DNA of 64,000 nt, taken from the human T2T-CHM13v2.0 reference genome, Homo sapiens. The position numbers were made by a program, and so were the translations under genes. The stretch is from NCBI RefSeq assembly GCF_009914755.1, contig NC_060925.1; one strand, 5' to 3'. Below are positions 27,111-41,178 of the stretch, piece by piece. The notes under the pieces were generated by a model, which saw only the letters and a program-made list of their open reading frames with translations, was not told the origin of the DNA and searched no databases. Position 1 is the first letter of the stretch. Each line of letters starts with the position of its first letter.

Positions 27111-27898
27111 GGCGCCCTAGAGGCCTCTGGGGACGAGGGTGGCTGTGGAGGACTGGGGCAGATCTCAATGAATAACTGAGAAGAAAACAAAGGGACAGGC
27201 TGCAGATCAGGCTCCCGGGAGAGGGCTGTGTCTCAGACCACGGGCAAAGCTTCCAGACTTTTGGTTAACGCCTTTCTGAGAATTCAGTAGAGGCCGTGGC
27301 TAAGCCTCACAGCTATCAGGGATACAGCCCTGGGGGAGGACATGGGAGCTTCAGGGCCTCAGGTGGAGGTGGGTCCGGTCAGGGTGAGCCAGGCTGAGGA
27401 GGCTGTGCTGACCCACAGGCCCCAGCTGGACACGGGCAGGTCCCAGAGCTTGGTTCAGGGCAAGAAGGTGGGGGGAAGGTGGGCCAGCACTTGCTTAGGG
27501 GGGCGGGGGGAGGTCCCGGGCACTGGGCTGGTCCGCCCTGTGGCAACCCTCTGTGGGCAGACCCAAGGTCGCACAGCAGGACCAGGACCCAGGACCTCGG
27601 GCTGGGGACAGAGTGACCTTCTGGCTTGAACCGTGGTGCCCTGAGCTTGCAGTGGCCAACAGGTGCCTGGGGTCTTGGGTCAGGTGGGAGGAGCCGGGAC
27701 AAAGTGGGAGAAAAGGTAGCTAGCTGGAAGAGGGTGCAGGAGGCCCCCCGCTCTGTGCAGCATTAAATCATGGTGGGGTCACCTGCCTTGTCTGGCAGCA
27801 TGGTAGAAGGGCATGGCCTGGGCGGGGAGCACTGGGCCCTGGAATCAAGGTCCAGAGGCAAAGGCAGCAGGTGGATCCAGCGAGCCCTAGGGACTGCA

Positions 27899-28085
27899 GC
27901 CCCGCCCCCAGCCCACCCATCCCGCCCCCAGCCCACCCATCCCATCCCCGCCCACCCATCCCATCCCCGCCATCCCCGCCATCCCCGCCATCCCCGCCAT
28001 CCCCGCCATCCCCGCCATCCCCGCCCCCAGCTCCGCCCCAGCCCAGCCCCTCCATCCCCGCCCCGCCCGCAGCCCCGCCCCAGCC
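27899..28085. repeat. (CCCCGCCAT)n and GC-box-rich repeat
   Basis: About 7 perfect 9-mers at 27960-28026 with degenerate flanks. Confidence 0.9.
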
Positions 28086-29627
28086 CTGCCTCCCATCGGC
28101 CTGGAGGCTCCCTGGCCTTCCTGCCGGGGTGGAAACGGGTGTCTGCTACCGGGGTTCGTGTGGAGCAGGAAGGGGGAAGGCGACGAGGTGGAAAAGACCG
28201 CTGGGCGCCCCGAGGAGGCGGAGCTGCTGGGAGGGGCCTCCCTCCGCCCGATCCTGTTTAATCTCAAACTCTAGGCCCTGGGGACGCGCCACCCTTCCCG
28301 CCGAGGAGACTGGGTTTTCCTCCCAGGGTTCTCCAAGCAAAGCCTGTCTGTGTTCCAGGCTGGTGCTGACTAGAGGAGGCAAAGCCAAAATTAGCCCCAG
28401 GCCCTCCCTCAAGTAGTGAAGGGGCCACCGGGCCTCCCCTCAACCCGTAGGGGGTCACGGGCCCCGCCCCGCTCCCGGTCAAGACCCTGACATTGCGGAG
28501 GGTCAGGAGGGGGGAGCGAGGATCCGGGGCCTGGCACCCTGGGTGGGGCACCGTCCCCAGGGAGGGTTGGGCAGGCGCCCCCAGCCTCCAGCCATCCCGC
28601 CCGCTGTGGGCGCCCCGGTGGCCGAGGAGCCAGGAGCGGCTCCCGGGGCTGTGCGCGGAGAACCCGGAAGAAGCGGAGGAGCCCCGGGCGGCGCTGAGCT
28701 GTGTCCCTGCCTGAGGGGGGCCCCAGCCCTGAGCCCGCAGCTCCAGAGGCTCCTGGGCCCTCCCCTTCTTCCCAGCACCGTCCCAGGGGGAAGGTAGCCC
28801 CCGGCGCAGGCGGGACCCTCGGCAGTCTGGCCCAAGAAACGGGGACCCTGTGGCTTCCTGTGTCTGGTGCCATCAGGAAGTAGCCCCGAGCCAGAGCACA
28901 AAGGGCCTTTGTCCTGCCTGCCCCGCCCAGCGAGACCTCGGGCCCAGCCAGGGCTGGGGGCTGGGGGCTGGGTACCCTCTGGCCGGCTCTGCCACCAGCC
29001 GCCAGCCTGGTCCCCGGAGAGCCACACCCCCTCCCCTCCACGGTCCCCACCCGGCTGCCATGACAATGTCCTACCCAGCAGGAGGACCAGGCCGGAACCT
29101 TTGGCAGCCACCAGTTCCTGGAGATTCCGACACCAAGTGCAGCCACTGTGCGGGGCCGGGTGTGGAGTGGCCCCACACCGACCAGCTCACGCCAGCTGGC
29201 AGAGCCACTGGGCCCCCTCCGTGGAGGAGGAGAGAGGCCTCGGGCGCCACGCGCTGTGCCCCAGGGCCACTCACTTCCTTGGTAGGTGGGGGATGCCGGC
29301 CTGGGCCTCCCGAGACTTGAGCCCTGCCCCTGCCCTTGCCCCCAGAGAGACCTGTGCCAGCGAGCGTCCCAGGCCTCCCCTCCCTGAGCCTTGCACCCGG
29401 GCGGTGCGGGGGCCCTGCTGCACCCCAGAGCGGGCATCAGCCCTCAGCCACTCCGTTAGCAATCCTCCCCCCAGCTCAGGGCCTCAGAACTGGCCATCCA
29501 CGGAGCTCAGAGGCACCCGAGGGCCCTGGGGCCTGGGTAGGGACTGGCCAGCTCGGGGTCCTCCAGCAGCCATACCCAGGTTCATCCAGGATGAAAGCAG
29601 GGCAGTGGGAACCACGTGATTGGTTTA

Positions 29628-30723
<1,096 letters not shown>

Positions 30724-33249
30724 TGAGGTCAGAGGGCAGACGTTGCTCCAAGCGTTTCGTCTGCGGGTGGAGCTTTGGAACTGATGGAGAAGGCAGAGTC
30801 CTGACCAGGGGCCGCCATCAGAGCGCAGGGACGGTCGGGGGGGATGCGCAGGGAGGAGGGAAGGGAAGGAAGGAGGTGCCAAGCCCTCCGCTCAGTGGAG
30901 GTCAGTGGAGGTTTGCTTCCTGCTCACACTGGGCCTGATTGGGTCGGAGGGCACGCGGGGGCCGCTGTCTGTCCTCCGTGGGGCCTTGGCTTGTGTCCAA
31001 GGGAGGGAGACAGTAGAGGGACCCACGGCTCTGTGAGGCGTTCCCTGGCATGACCTCACCTGTGTGCTCTCTCTCCCTGTCTCAGTCAGAGCTGAACCCA
31101 GGCTCCTGTGGACCAAGAGGGGGTCCAGGAAGAACTGCTCCTGGGACCCGGACAGAGCGGAGGCCGTGTGCACGAGCAGCGTGGACCAGAGGGGCCTCGG
31201 GGGCCACCTGCTCCGTCCGACCAGGCACCAGTCCTTCCAGACTCGCCTGAGGATGCCCGTGGGCCCCAGCGACACCTGGGGTGCCCCCCACACCCCTGCA
31301 CCTACCTGAGACCAAGGGTGGTGGTGGGGCTGTGTGCCTGAGTCCTGGCCCTCCCAGGGCCACCCTCAGGAGCGGCTGCACAGGCTCTGGCTGGCCGGGG
31401 CTCAGAGCAGCCCACGGAGCCAGGCCCATCCTGGGAGGCTCAGGGCTGCAGCCCATGGACTCATGAGGGGGGCTTCTGGGGTCTAAGGCCAGAAGTGACC
31501 TTTCTTCTCACGGAGGCACCCCCACATCACAGGCCCCAAGCTCCCACCAGGAGTCCCCAGGCAGCAGGTTTTCCACCACAGCCGGGAAGAGCCCCGCCTT
31601 CACCACCCACCACCAGCCAATCCCGAGACCACCGAAGCCCCCAGACCGGGCCCTTTGCCCCTCCTGCCCCCCGGCTCTCCCTACTGCCCAGAGCCTCCGC
31701 CAGCACCCAGGGACCCACGTCCACCTCCCAGAGCGGCCCTGCCCAGGGTCCTTCCCTGCCCTCCACGATTCTCCGTGGCCCTTGGAGAAAGAGCAGCTTC
31801 TCCCCAGGCTCTGCCCCCAGCCCTTCCACCCCAGAGCCTCTGCCCAGACGTCCCGTCCCATCCCGGGGGGCTGTCACGCTTCCGCCCCACCTCTCGCCCA
31901 TTCCCGGACAGTCACAGCCGTGGAACAACGCAGCGTGTGGACACAGCCCCAGGGAAGCTTGACTCTGCCTGGTCCCCATGGCGTGCGGTGGCTCACCAGC
32001 CGCCCCCATCGCTCCATGAAATCTGACTACACCTGTCCCAAAAATCAACCAGCTCCCAGGCAGGTCCCGCCGTGCAGGGGGCCAAGGGCCACACCTGGGA
32101 CCAGTGAGTGAGGCGGCGTGCGGGTAGTGGGGGTGTGAGCCCGAGACGGGGGTCCAGCCTTCTCCCACTTGGATGCCAACAGCAGACTCTGGATTTGGAG
32201 GTGTGGGCGGTGCCTTAGTCTCCCCAGAAGACAAGAGCCCACCCGCCGGGTGTGTCCTGACCCCACCCCCACCTGCCCCACACAGACACCTGAGTGGGCA
32301 TCAGAGTGGGCCGGGCCCTGACTGTCCGGGGGAGGGACTGTTGGGGCAAGGGCAGTGGGTCAGAGGTCACCGGTGCCCCCAGGACCAGTTTCCAGCGAGA
32401 AGAGAGCCAGGAGCCCCGGGCACAGGCCCACGGTGATGAGGCTCCTGACCGAGCTCCCAGAGCTCATTATGGAAAACCGTGGGGTCCGCTGGGACCTCTC
32501 TGCTGGTCGGGCTAATTACAGACCGTTTGTCGTTTCATTATGGGCTCTTCCTCTGGGAGATGCGAGAAGCAAACACTTTGCCATGGGAGGGGCGCTTCCC
32601 GGACCGGGCGGGGGCCCTGCCCTCCCCACCCCCAGACCCCTGGTCCCCCAGGCCTTCCAAGCTCCCAAAGAAAACTTGAACCCCCACTCCAGGGGCTCCA
32701 AAGTAACCTCCAGAGCCCAGATGGGGATGTTCCGGGAGCTGCTGGGGCCTCTCAGCTGTCCCTGCCTCGCAGGGAGGCTCAGGAAGGCACCCACACCCCT
32801 CCCTCATTCCCCCAGCTGTGGGTCTGTGGGGTCTCGGAGCCTCTTGCCCATTGGGGTGGGACTGGGGGCACGTAGCTCCTCCGAGCCCCTGGCGAGGAGA
32901 CCGATCCTGAGACCCACCTGGGCCTACGGGGGGTCCCTTCATTGCTCCAAAATTAAGGGCTGCGGGCCTGGAGCAAAGACAGGCAGGTATGGCCCCTGCC
33001 CTCTGTCCATGAGAGGCCTCAGCCCCATGGGACAGGGCACCACCGCTGCAGGGAGGCGGCGGGCAGGTTGTGACCCCTCACCCTGGGGCCACCCTACCCG
33101 CTTCTAAGGCAGCCTGGGAAGGAGCCCTGCGGAGCTGGGGGGTGGGGAGGCAGGGGTGGAGAGGCGAGAGTTGCCCGCGGCTGCCCCTACCCCTGCCCAT
33201 GTCGCCCACACTCCACACGGGCCCCACAGAAGCCTTCCCATCCTGGCTT

Positions 33250-34150
33250 TTGTTCAACCTCGGTGGGCGGCAAGGTGGGGGCGGGACGGAGTCTGCGGGG
33301 CCTGCGGGGCCCGGGCCTGCGTCACCGTCACTGGCCCGCCTCCCGCCCGGCCTATGGGAGCCCAGGGGACACACCTGTCGGGGGCCAGGAGCGGAGATTG
33401 GCCAGCGGGAGCTCGCACCTGTGTGGGGCGGGGAGCACTGCTCCTTGTAAGGCGAGCCCCCGCCGAGCCGGCTCTTCCCTCCCGAGGCCCCCACCTCGCC
33501 ACCGCCTCCCATTGTCCCGTCGCCCTCGAAACTCTCCCAGAGACGGGCGAGTTGTCCACCTGTGCAGGTCTGAACTGACTTCCTGTGCCAGGGCCTCGCC
33601 TGAGCGGGGGCAGGAAGCTCACCCTTGCAGGTCTCCCCGCGCCAACGGACGCCCTGAGGCCTGACCCTGGCTGAGGCAGAGCACCCAGCTCCGTGGACCG
33701 GGACGGACGGGCTCAGGTGCCCCCCATTCCTTCCGAAGCCGGTTCACACCCACCCGGGCCTGGCACAGGGGAGGCGCTGGCTGCAGGGTCGGGGCGGGAG
33801 CAGCCTCAACCCGGCTCCTGGGCCGCGGCCGCAGCAGTGGAACCTGTCGGGGCAGGTAAGGGCGGGCAGCGGGGAGGCTGAGGCGCAGGGGGAGGCGGCT
33901 CCCTGCAGGGGGGCCCTCGCCAGCCCCCGCCGTGGCCGACGTGGGGCAGGGGCGCAGGTGACAGATGGGCTGTCGCCAGCCTGGCCAGCGTCCAGGGGAG
34001 CTCCGGTCACTGCAGACACAGGCTGGAGCGGGTCCTTCCCCCCCCCAGGGAAAGGTGGGCCCCTGCGCAGATGCGGCTGGGTTTCGGGTGTGGAGCCATC
34101 TTGGACCCACGGGCTGCGTCTTCCGGGCACGGGCACAGTGTGTGGGCTCC
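33250..34150 (+). promoter_or_regulatory. miR-200b/200a/429 cluster promoter (CpG island with ZEB/SNAIL E-boxes)
   Basis: CpG-dense; CACCTG at 33372, 33416, 33557; CAGGTG at 33714, 33955; CAG|GTAAG at 33853-33860; about 4 kb upstream of pre-miR-200b, as known for this cluster. Confidence 0.8.
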
Positions 34151-37100
34151 AGGCATGGGGTGCCCTCAGGGCAGGGCCTGGGCAGAGGGCAGGCTCCGAG
34201 AGGGGTCACGTTCTTGCCGCCTACCTGACAGCAGGCCTTCTAGAAAGTTCTCTCCAGAAGCAGCCACCGCCGTCCTGAGGCACTTTGTGCGGAGACGGGA
34301 AGCTGTCGCCTCAGAGGTGGGTGCGTAGAAGGGTTTGGCCGGGTGCGAGGATGACCGCGTCTCCCTTGGGCTCTGGAGTCTGCGGTGGGAAGGGCTTGGT
34401 TTCAGCACCCTCTGGTCAGAGGCCGGCCGAGCCCATGGGCGGTGAGGTTGGTGCCTGGGGTCGTGGCTGGTCTGGTACAGGTGGGGCTCAGCCCGGAGAA
34501 GCTGGAGCCGGTTCCCAGGCCCCGCGCTATGACTGGGGTGGGGGCAACGTCTCTCGTGAGGTTTTTTACTTAAATGTGAAACGGCTCAGTACGGTGGCCG
34601 CAGCCGGGAACAAGGTCCGACCCACCGAGGCCCAGCCTTGAACTTGCCGCGGGGGCACCTGAACACGGTTTTACAGCCCGGATCACTGGCTTTCTTGAAG
34701 TTTGGGAACTGATTGATCATGGTGGCGGGAGGTAAGGTTCATTGTTCTTGATGAACAAAATTCTTAGGGCGTGAAGAGCCGATGCTTTAATTAACCCCCC
34801 GGGAGCGTCTCAGGCCTCCCCCCGGGAGCGTCTCAGGCCCCGTTTACGCTGAGTGTCTGGGGAAAGACGTGGTTTGGTTTTGTTTTTCTAGTAACCCAGA
34901 TGAAATGTTTAAAAGCATGGTTGGCAGCACATTGAATTTGGCAAAATTAAGGTTTGCATTTGTGAAAATGCGGATGCAGTTTGCGGTTCTTTTCAGACAT
35001 TTTGGTAATTTGCAAATACTTATTTGCGAAACGAGTTTGTCAGAACATTTTTTAGTATCTAGAGGAAGATGAGATGGGCCGAGGAGGTCGCGCACCCCTG
35101 GATCCCTGGAGGAGCTGGTGTGTTCTCTGTGGGGCGGGTGGACGTGGCCCGGACACACGGGCCGTGCTCACAGCCGGCCTGCGAGGGCTGCAAATCCACG
35201 CCCGCCGTGTGGGTGAAATGGCGGCTTTGCCTCCCAGACGCGTAGCTCCGGCGACGCAGAGGGAAGAACCTGAGTGCCCGCCAGGCCGAGCTCCGCACCC
35301 CACCCCCCGGCAGCCTCTGACTCCCGGCTCGGCTCCCGCGGTCGGGGAGGGTTGGATTTCACACTTTGTTCTCGAGGCCGCACCATTGATTAAGCCCGTC
35401 GGGCAGGTTAACCAACAAGTTAGGTTTTCACGCCGGGATCACATTCCTCGCCGGGCGCTCCCACCCCACCCCAGCCTGTGCAGGTGGGACCCGGCCAGGC
35501 AGGCGGGCAGGGCGGCCAGGTGCGCCGAGGGGCGCCTCCACGGGGAGTGTGCTCCGCAGAGAACCCCTTGCTGGGGCGGCTCTGGGCCTCCTGACTCACT
35601 CCTGGATTTTCCCAAGCTGAGTCTGGCCCCGCGGTGATGATTAACCCAACACCTCAACCGGCACCGCCACGCTAGCTCCACTTCCCGGCGACGGTTGACA
35701 AGAAAGCGCCGCGTGGGGCTCTCGGAAAACAGGGAAGGTCCGTTTTCGCTTTTCATTTCTTGACCTGTGGCCACGGTAAGACTCGGCCGCCTGCCCACCC
35801 GACTCCTTGCCCCTCACCCCTGTGCCAGGCACAAGGCCCTGCGAAATCCTTGGTCCCCCAGCTGAGCCTGCCGGCCCAGGCCACCATCTCCCCACCCAGC
35901 CCTGGAGCCAGGGTCGGCCTCTCCTGCTAGCTGCTCGTTGGCTTTACAGCTTCTGCACTCAGGAGGCGCCTGGGAATCCTGCCCTGGAACTTAGGAAGGA
36001 GGCTTCTCCCACCTGCCTGCCACACGGGTCTGTCCCTGGGTCCCAGCCTCTGCCGTGTGCCCCTCAGCCTCCCGGGTGAGAACGCAATGACTGATGAGCC
36101 TGGGGTGGCCAGGCCAGCTCTGGCCCTGTGGGGTTCCTGAGAAGGCTGGCCCTGGGTGGCCAAGGGCCTGGGGACACTGGCCCCGGGCCCTGAACCTGGC
36201 AGTGGGAGGCCGGCCCGTCCGCCGGGTGGGCTGGGAACTGTGTTTGGCCCCAGCTGCAAGGGACGAGTGCCGGGCACCTGCTGCCCTCCCCACGTGACCT
36301 GGCAGCCAGGAATGGAGCTGAAATTCAACTCTGCTCTGAACGGGAAGTCTTAGTTTCCTTTAGCTCAGAAAACAGGTGAAATTGTGTTCCTGAAGCACTG
36401 ATTTGATGGGATTTGATGGCATTGGTGGCGAAGGCCTGTGAGGTGATGGAAAGGGAAAGCCGGGTGCCCTGGAGCCTGACAGGCTGGGGCCAGGGCAGGG
36501 GACCTGGTGTGGGGTCTCCGGAGAGGGTCCAGGCGTGAGGGAAGCTGGGTCAGGACCTCGGAGACGTGGCCTTTGGAGGAGGAGACTGGAACCGGGTGGA
36601 CCCGGCAGCAGGCGGGGGCGGGCGGACACGACCTTTGTTGTGGTCGGCGGGCAGACAGGGGAATCGGCACAGGGCCTGCGCCCCACCTACAGCCTCTGTG
36701 GGTGGAAGGTGCCAGAAAACTTGAAGAGTGGCTCTGGCCAGCTCTCTGGGCCCAGTTGGCACCAGGTGGTTGCAGAGAAAGGGTGGGAAGGAGGACAGGA
36801 AGGACGGCGTGTCCAGCGGGCGGGGAGCCTTGGTCTGGCCTGAGGGCTGAACCTCCCTCGGGTCCTGAGTGTGCCTGGAGTAGAAGCCTAGGGTCTCTGG
36901 GCTCCAGGCAGGGCCCTGAGCAAGGAGGGGCCACAGGGCTGCCCACTTCCTCCTGCCCCCCTGCAGAGGCGGCTCAGCCCTCGCGGCGTCTGAGGCTTGA
37001 CTGCCTGTGTCTGTGTTTGTGGCCGGTCTGCCTCTGTGCCTGGGTCAGACCCCAGACCAGCAGACACACAAACCGCAGGGACGGCTGGGCAGGGTCAGGA

Positions 37101-37700
37101 GCCTGCCCCGCCCGCACCCCCACCCACACCCCCACCCCCACCCCCGCCTGCACCCCCTGCCCTCAGACGCTGTGCAGTGAGCGGGGCAGCATGGGAGAGG
37201 GGTCTCCAGGTGGCGGGGACCGTTCTGTCTCGAGAGCCTCGCAGACACCGGGCCTTTGAGAAGAGAAGGGGCTGGGCAGGGAAGCAGCTCCTGGAACACC
37301 ATCCTGGAGACAGAGGCCCTTGTCCCCTGCCTCAGACAAGGCAGCACGTGGGGCCCGGGGGGCTGGGGCTGCTGTCCAGGCCTTCCTATGGGACCACCCA
37401 GAGGGAAGGTCCCCCGCAGAGGGGTGGGGGCAGAGGGCCGAGCGGGGCGGGCAGAGGGCCCGTGTCAGCCCCACTCCGACCTAGTCCTCGGCCGTCTGGC
37501 CAGGACACTTCGGCCCCCCAGGTGCCCACCCCAGGACCCAAAGCTGGTGGCTGCTGGACTCGGCAGGGCTGGCGGGTGGGGCTCACCCGGGCCCCTGCCC
37601 TCCGGCGATGCTGTCCTCAGTGCCCCAGGAGGACGAGGCCCCCCAGCTACTGAGCTTCCCAGCGAGTCCCATGCAACCCTCAGCCGGGCGGCCCCCGGAC

Positions 37701-37795
37701 CCAGCTCGGGCAGCCGTGGCCATCTTACTGGGCAGCATTGGATGGAGTCAGGTCTCTAATACTGCCTGGTAATGATGACGGCGGAGCCCTGCACG
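37701..37795 (+). ncRNA. MIR200B: pre-miR-200b
   Basis: 5p CATCTTACTGGGCAGCATTGGA 37721-37742; 3p TAATACTGCCTGGTAATGATGA 37757-37778; arms pair. Confidence 0.99.
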
Positions 37796-38459
37796 CAGCG
37801 ACCGGCCGACCCCGTCCCGGCCCCCAGGGCCTCCCGCCGAGCCCCACACTCCCCTCCCACACAGCCCGCTCACCGGACCCCACCCCGTCCGGGCCAGATG
37901 GCTCTGGGGAGAGTGACGGGGGGACGTGACCTTCGGAAGGGGGCTGGGGCGCCCCCCACCAGCATCTCAGAGACCCCGGAATGCAAGGCCTCCTGCAGCT
38001 GCACCCAGGGCGCCCCACAGTGATCTGGGGATTAGGACGCTCAGGTGTCCGGGCCCTGCCCACAGCGCCTGGGCGGGAGCTGCTGTCACACCCAGCAGGT
38101 GCGGGCCGAGCAGGACCCAACAGAGGGCTCAGGAGGGCAAGGCCCAACCGGGAGCCACGTGGAACCCAGAGGAAGCCGCCCCACCCAGCTTGGCCACAGC
38201 CATCTTCCCTCCTGCCGGACAGGGTGGGCCGGCCACCGAGCAGACCAGTGCCCCCGCCTTGGTCCCGGGTCAGCAGCCCCAGGGTCCCCTTGCCCTGGAG
38301 GAAGCAGGGAGGGTGGGCCTGTGTGCAGTCTCAGGGCCCCCAAGCCCCTCTCCGCCAGCCCTGTCCGGTCCCGGCACCACCCCTGGCTGCTCACCGCTCC
38401 GGTTCTTCCCTGGGCTTCCACAGCAGCCCCTGCCTGCCTGGCGGGACCCCACGTCCCTC

Positions 38460-38549
38460 CCGGGCCCCTGTGAGCATCTTACCGGACAGTGCTGGATTTC
38501 CCAGCTTGACTCTAACACTGTCTGGTAACGATGTTCAAAGGTGACCCGC
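38460..38549 (+). ncRNA. MIR200A: pre-miR-200a
   Basis: 5p CATCTTACCGGACAGTGCTGGA 38475-38496; 3p TAACACTGTCTGGTAACGATGT 38513-38534. Confidence 0.99.
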
Positions 38550-38606
38550 CGCTCGCCGGGGACACCACCGAGGCACATCCGGAGCTCCTACTCCAGGGAT
38601 GGGCTG

Positions 38607-38730
38607 GGGCGGAGGGCCGAGCGGGGCCAGCAGACGGGTGAGGGCGGAGGGCCGAGCGGGGCCAGCAGACGGGTGAGGGCGGAGGGCCGAGCGGGGCCAG
38701 CAGACGGGTGAGGGCGGAGGGCTGAGCGGG
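38607..38730. repeat. 35-bp GC-rich tandem repeat x3.5
   Basis: GGGCGGAGGGCCGAGCGGGGCCAGCAGACGGGTGA at 38607, 38642, 38677, partial at 38712. Confidence 0.93.
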
Positions 38731-39601
38731 CGGCAGAGGGCCTGTGTCAGCTCCGAAGTCCAGCCCCCAGGGGAGGGGCCGGCCTCTGCCGGGGGTGCCC
38801 CCGGGGTCACTCACGCCCAGGCTGGGTCTGACACCTTGAGGACCCCTTGGTGCCTCCACAGGTGGCCTGGAGGGCATCCTGCTCCCCCTCCCGGAGCCGC
38901 TGTGCCTCCCCCACCCAACCTCCCAGGCTGGGTTTTAGGGTGACCTGGCTCCAGGAAAGGCCATAGGGCTGGGATGCCAGGGCTGGAGAGGGAAGAGCAA
39001 CAGTGGCCTCTCTCACGTGGTCCGGGCTCCGTGGAGGGTCTGCTGGGGGCGCAGGAAGGACAAGGTGGGTTCAGATTCCCGAGCCCCACCATGCAGGGGA
39101 GCGGGGACGCTCTGCGCTTGCCCTCTGAGGGACAAGGGGTCTCATTCCTTCCCCCAGTCAACAAGAACAGGAACTTTGTCCAAAACCCACCAGGCCAGGA
39201 TGACCCATTGTTTCATCTTTTCCATCTGCAACCAGGGCGCCTGGGACCGCACCCCCACACAAGGCCCCAGCCTGGGGAGGGGGCAGCCACCGGGGAGAGG
39301 CTGCCCTTCACTGTTACTCATTAACCCGACCGAGCTTCAGGAAGCCAGCGAGGGGCTGCAGGGAACCTTTGCCAAGAGCAGGGCCTGGGTGACCAGGTGG
39401 CTCCCGGGTACCCCCACACAGCCAGGCTGGGCTGGGACCAGGTGCTGGGATGGGGGCTGTCAGGGAAGTGCCTCGGGGGCTCGTTCTGCAGACCCAGGAG
39501 GGATCAGGGCAGCTGCAGGAGGTGGCAGGAGCCGCCCCCGGGGCCTTCCCTTCACAGGCCCCGCAGACACCAGCCCAGGACCCGGAGGCCACCCACACCA
39601 C

Positions 39602-39684
39602 CGCCGGCCGATGGGCGTCTTACCAGACATGGTTAGACCTGGCCCTCTGTCTAATACTGTCTGGTAAAACCGTCCATCCGCTGC
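39602..39684 (+). ncRNA. MIR429: pre-miR-429
   Basis: Mature TAATACTGTCTGGTAAAACCGT 39652-39673 pairing with the GTCTTACCAGACATGGTTAGA arm. Confidence 0.99.
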
Positions 39685-39724
39685 CTGATCACCGTTAGAG
39701 GAGAGAGCTGCCTGCCCTGCAGCT

Positions 39725-39862
39725 CATCAGTGCAAAGCCGCCCGGTCTGGGGCTCTCATGCCCCCCTCACTATGGCCTGTGCCCATCCGCAGCCCATCAG
39801 TGCAAAGCCGCCGGGGTCTGGGGCTCTTGTGCCCCACCCTCGCCATGGCCTGTGCCCACCCG
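39725..39862. repeat. ~70-bp two-copy duplication
   Basis: CATCAGTGCAAAGCCGCC..GGTCTGGGGCTCT...ATGGCCTGTGCCCA at 39725 and 39795. Confidence 0.85.
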
Positions 39863-40913
39863 GCCTCCTGGGGCCCTCGAGCTGTAGTCCCCGGGCAGAT
39901 GCTGTGGACCCCGTGCTATCAGCCTGGCCCCTGGGGTCACAGTCACAGATACCCGGAGCCCCACCCCACAGCCCCAGCCCCCTCGCCACCTGGGGAGGCT
40001 GAGACAGAAGCAGCTGGGCCCCCCAAAGTGCCTGAGCCCAGGGCACGGAGGAGCACAAATGCCCAGCAGGGACAATGTCACAGCGTCTCAGCGGCCAGGC
40101 AGCAGGACGCAGAGACCTCTGGGAGGTTCCCGGGGCCAGCCCTGGCCCTCCTCCTCCAGGGGCCAGCCGTGGGATGCAGACCACACTCTCCCTCCAGGGC
40201 CCATCTCTGGGGCTGAGGCGGGCGGGGCCGGTGCCCAGCTGCAAGACCATGGGATAGGGAAGGCAGGTGCTTGGGGCCACGCAGCCCTGCACTGGGGGCC
40301 CCTCCACCCCAGGCGGCTCACGAGGTGTCATCTGGAGCTGTCCCCAAGCCGGGATCTGCAGGTTGACCTCCCCCACCCGGGGCTATCTCCAGACCCTCTT
40401 TCCTCCCTGGGGAGATGGGGCAGTCCCCCGCAGGGCCAGCTGAAACCACCCCCATGCTGCTGCCGCCTGAGCGACGTGTGTGGGGAAGAACTTGGAGTGC
40501 CACCCCCAGAATGTGGCGTCCACCTCACCAGACCGCACGGGTGAGCCCTGGACTGCAAGGTGCATATAACACAAGGTTTGGACACACCTGGAGAGCTCGG
40601 GCCAGGCAGGGCCACACCTGTGAGCCTGAGCTCATCCAACACCGCCCGGAGCTCGGGGACCTTCCCCATCCCAGCACCTCCTCACCGCTGTGCCCGTCTG
40701 GCCAGTCCCTCCAAGCACCCCTCGGATGAAGTTGCGCCCCACACTGCAGTGGGGCTCACTCTCCACAGCGCCTGCTGCGTTGCACGGGGTGTGACAGGAA
40801 GGACCCTGCTGGGGCTGGCGGGGCCGTACCCAGAGCCTCCCTGTGCGGTTTCTCCTCCTCCTCCTCCTCTCCATAAGCACCGGGAACAAAACAGAAAAAA
40901 GTCTTTGTATAGT

Positions 40914-40919
40914 AATAAA
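40914..40919 (+). terminator. Polyadenylation signal, probable end of the miR-200 cluster transcript
   Basis: AATAAA preceded by TGTA (CFIm motif) in an A/T-rich pocket of otherwise GC-rich DNA. Confidence 0.7.
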
Positions 40920-41064
40920 GTCTGCAGTTCACGCACCCATGCTTGGACCAGCTCCTTATTTTAACCACACGTGCACAGACCCCCGCCGTGCAAAGGGCCC
41001 AGCTGAGGACAGAACCCCAGACACTGCATCCGGCCCCGGAGGCCCCCAAGGTTCCTGGGAGAGG

Positions 41065-41178
41065 CTCCCTCCCTCCCTTCCCTCCTCTTTCCCTCCCCCT
41101 CCTCCTTCCTCTCCTCCATCCCTCCTTCCCCCTCCTCCCTCCTCCTCCTCTCTCCGTCCCTCCCTCCCTCCTTCTTTT
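41065..41178. repeat. Polypyrimidine (CCT/CCCT) tract
   Basis: About 110 bp almost pure C/T. Confidence 0.9.

Larger units (their letters stand above)
33500..40940 (+). ncRNA. pri-miR-200b~200a~429 host transcript (approximate)
   Basis: Promoter island, three co-oriented hairpins, AATAAA 40914-40919; start site approximate. Confidence 0.6.

Noticed and set aside
39725-39862. TCAGTGCAA twice after miR-429, resembling miR-148/miR-130 5' ends, as a possible fourth miRNA
   Set aside because: Copies are direct, not inverted; no complementary arm or convincing hairpin seen
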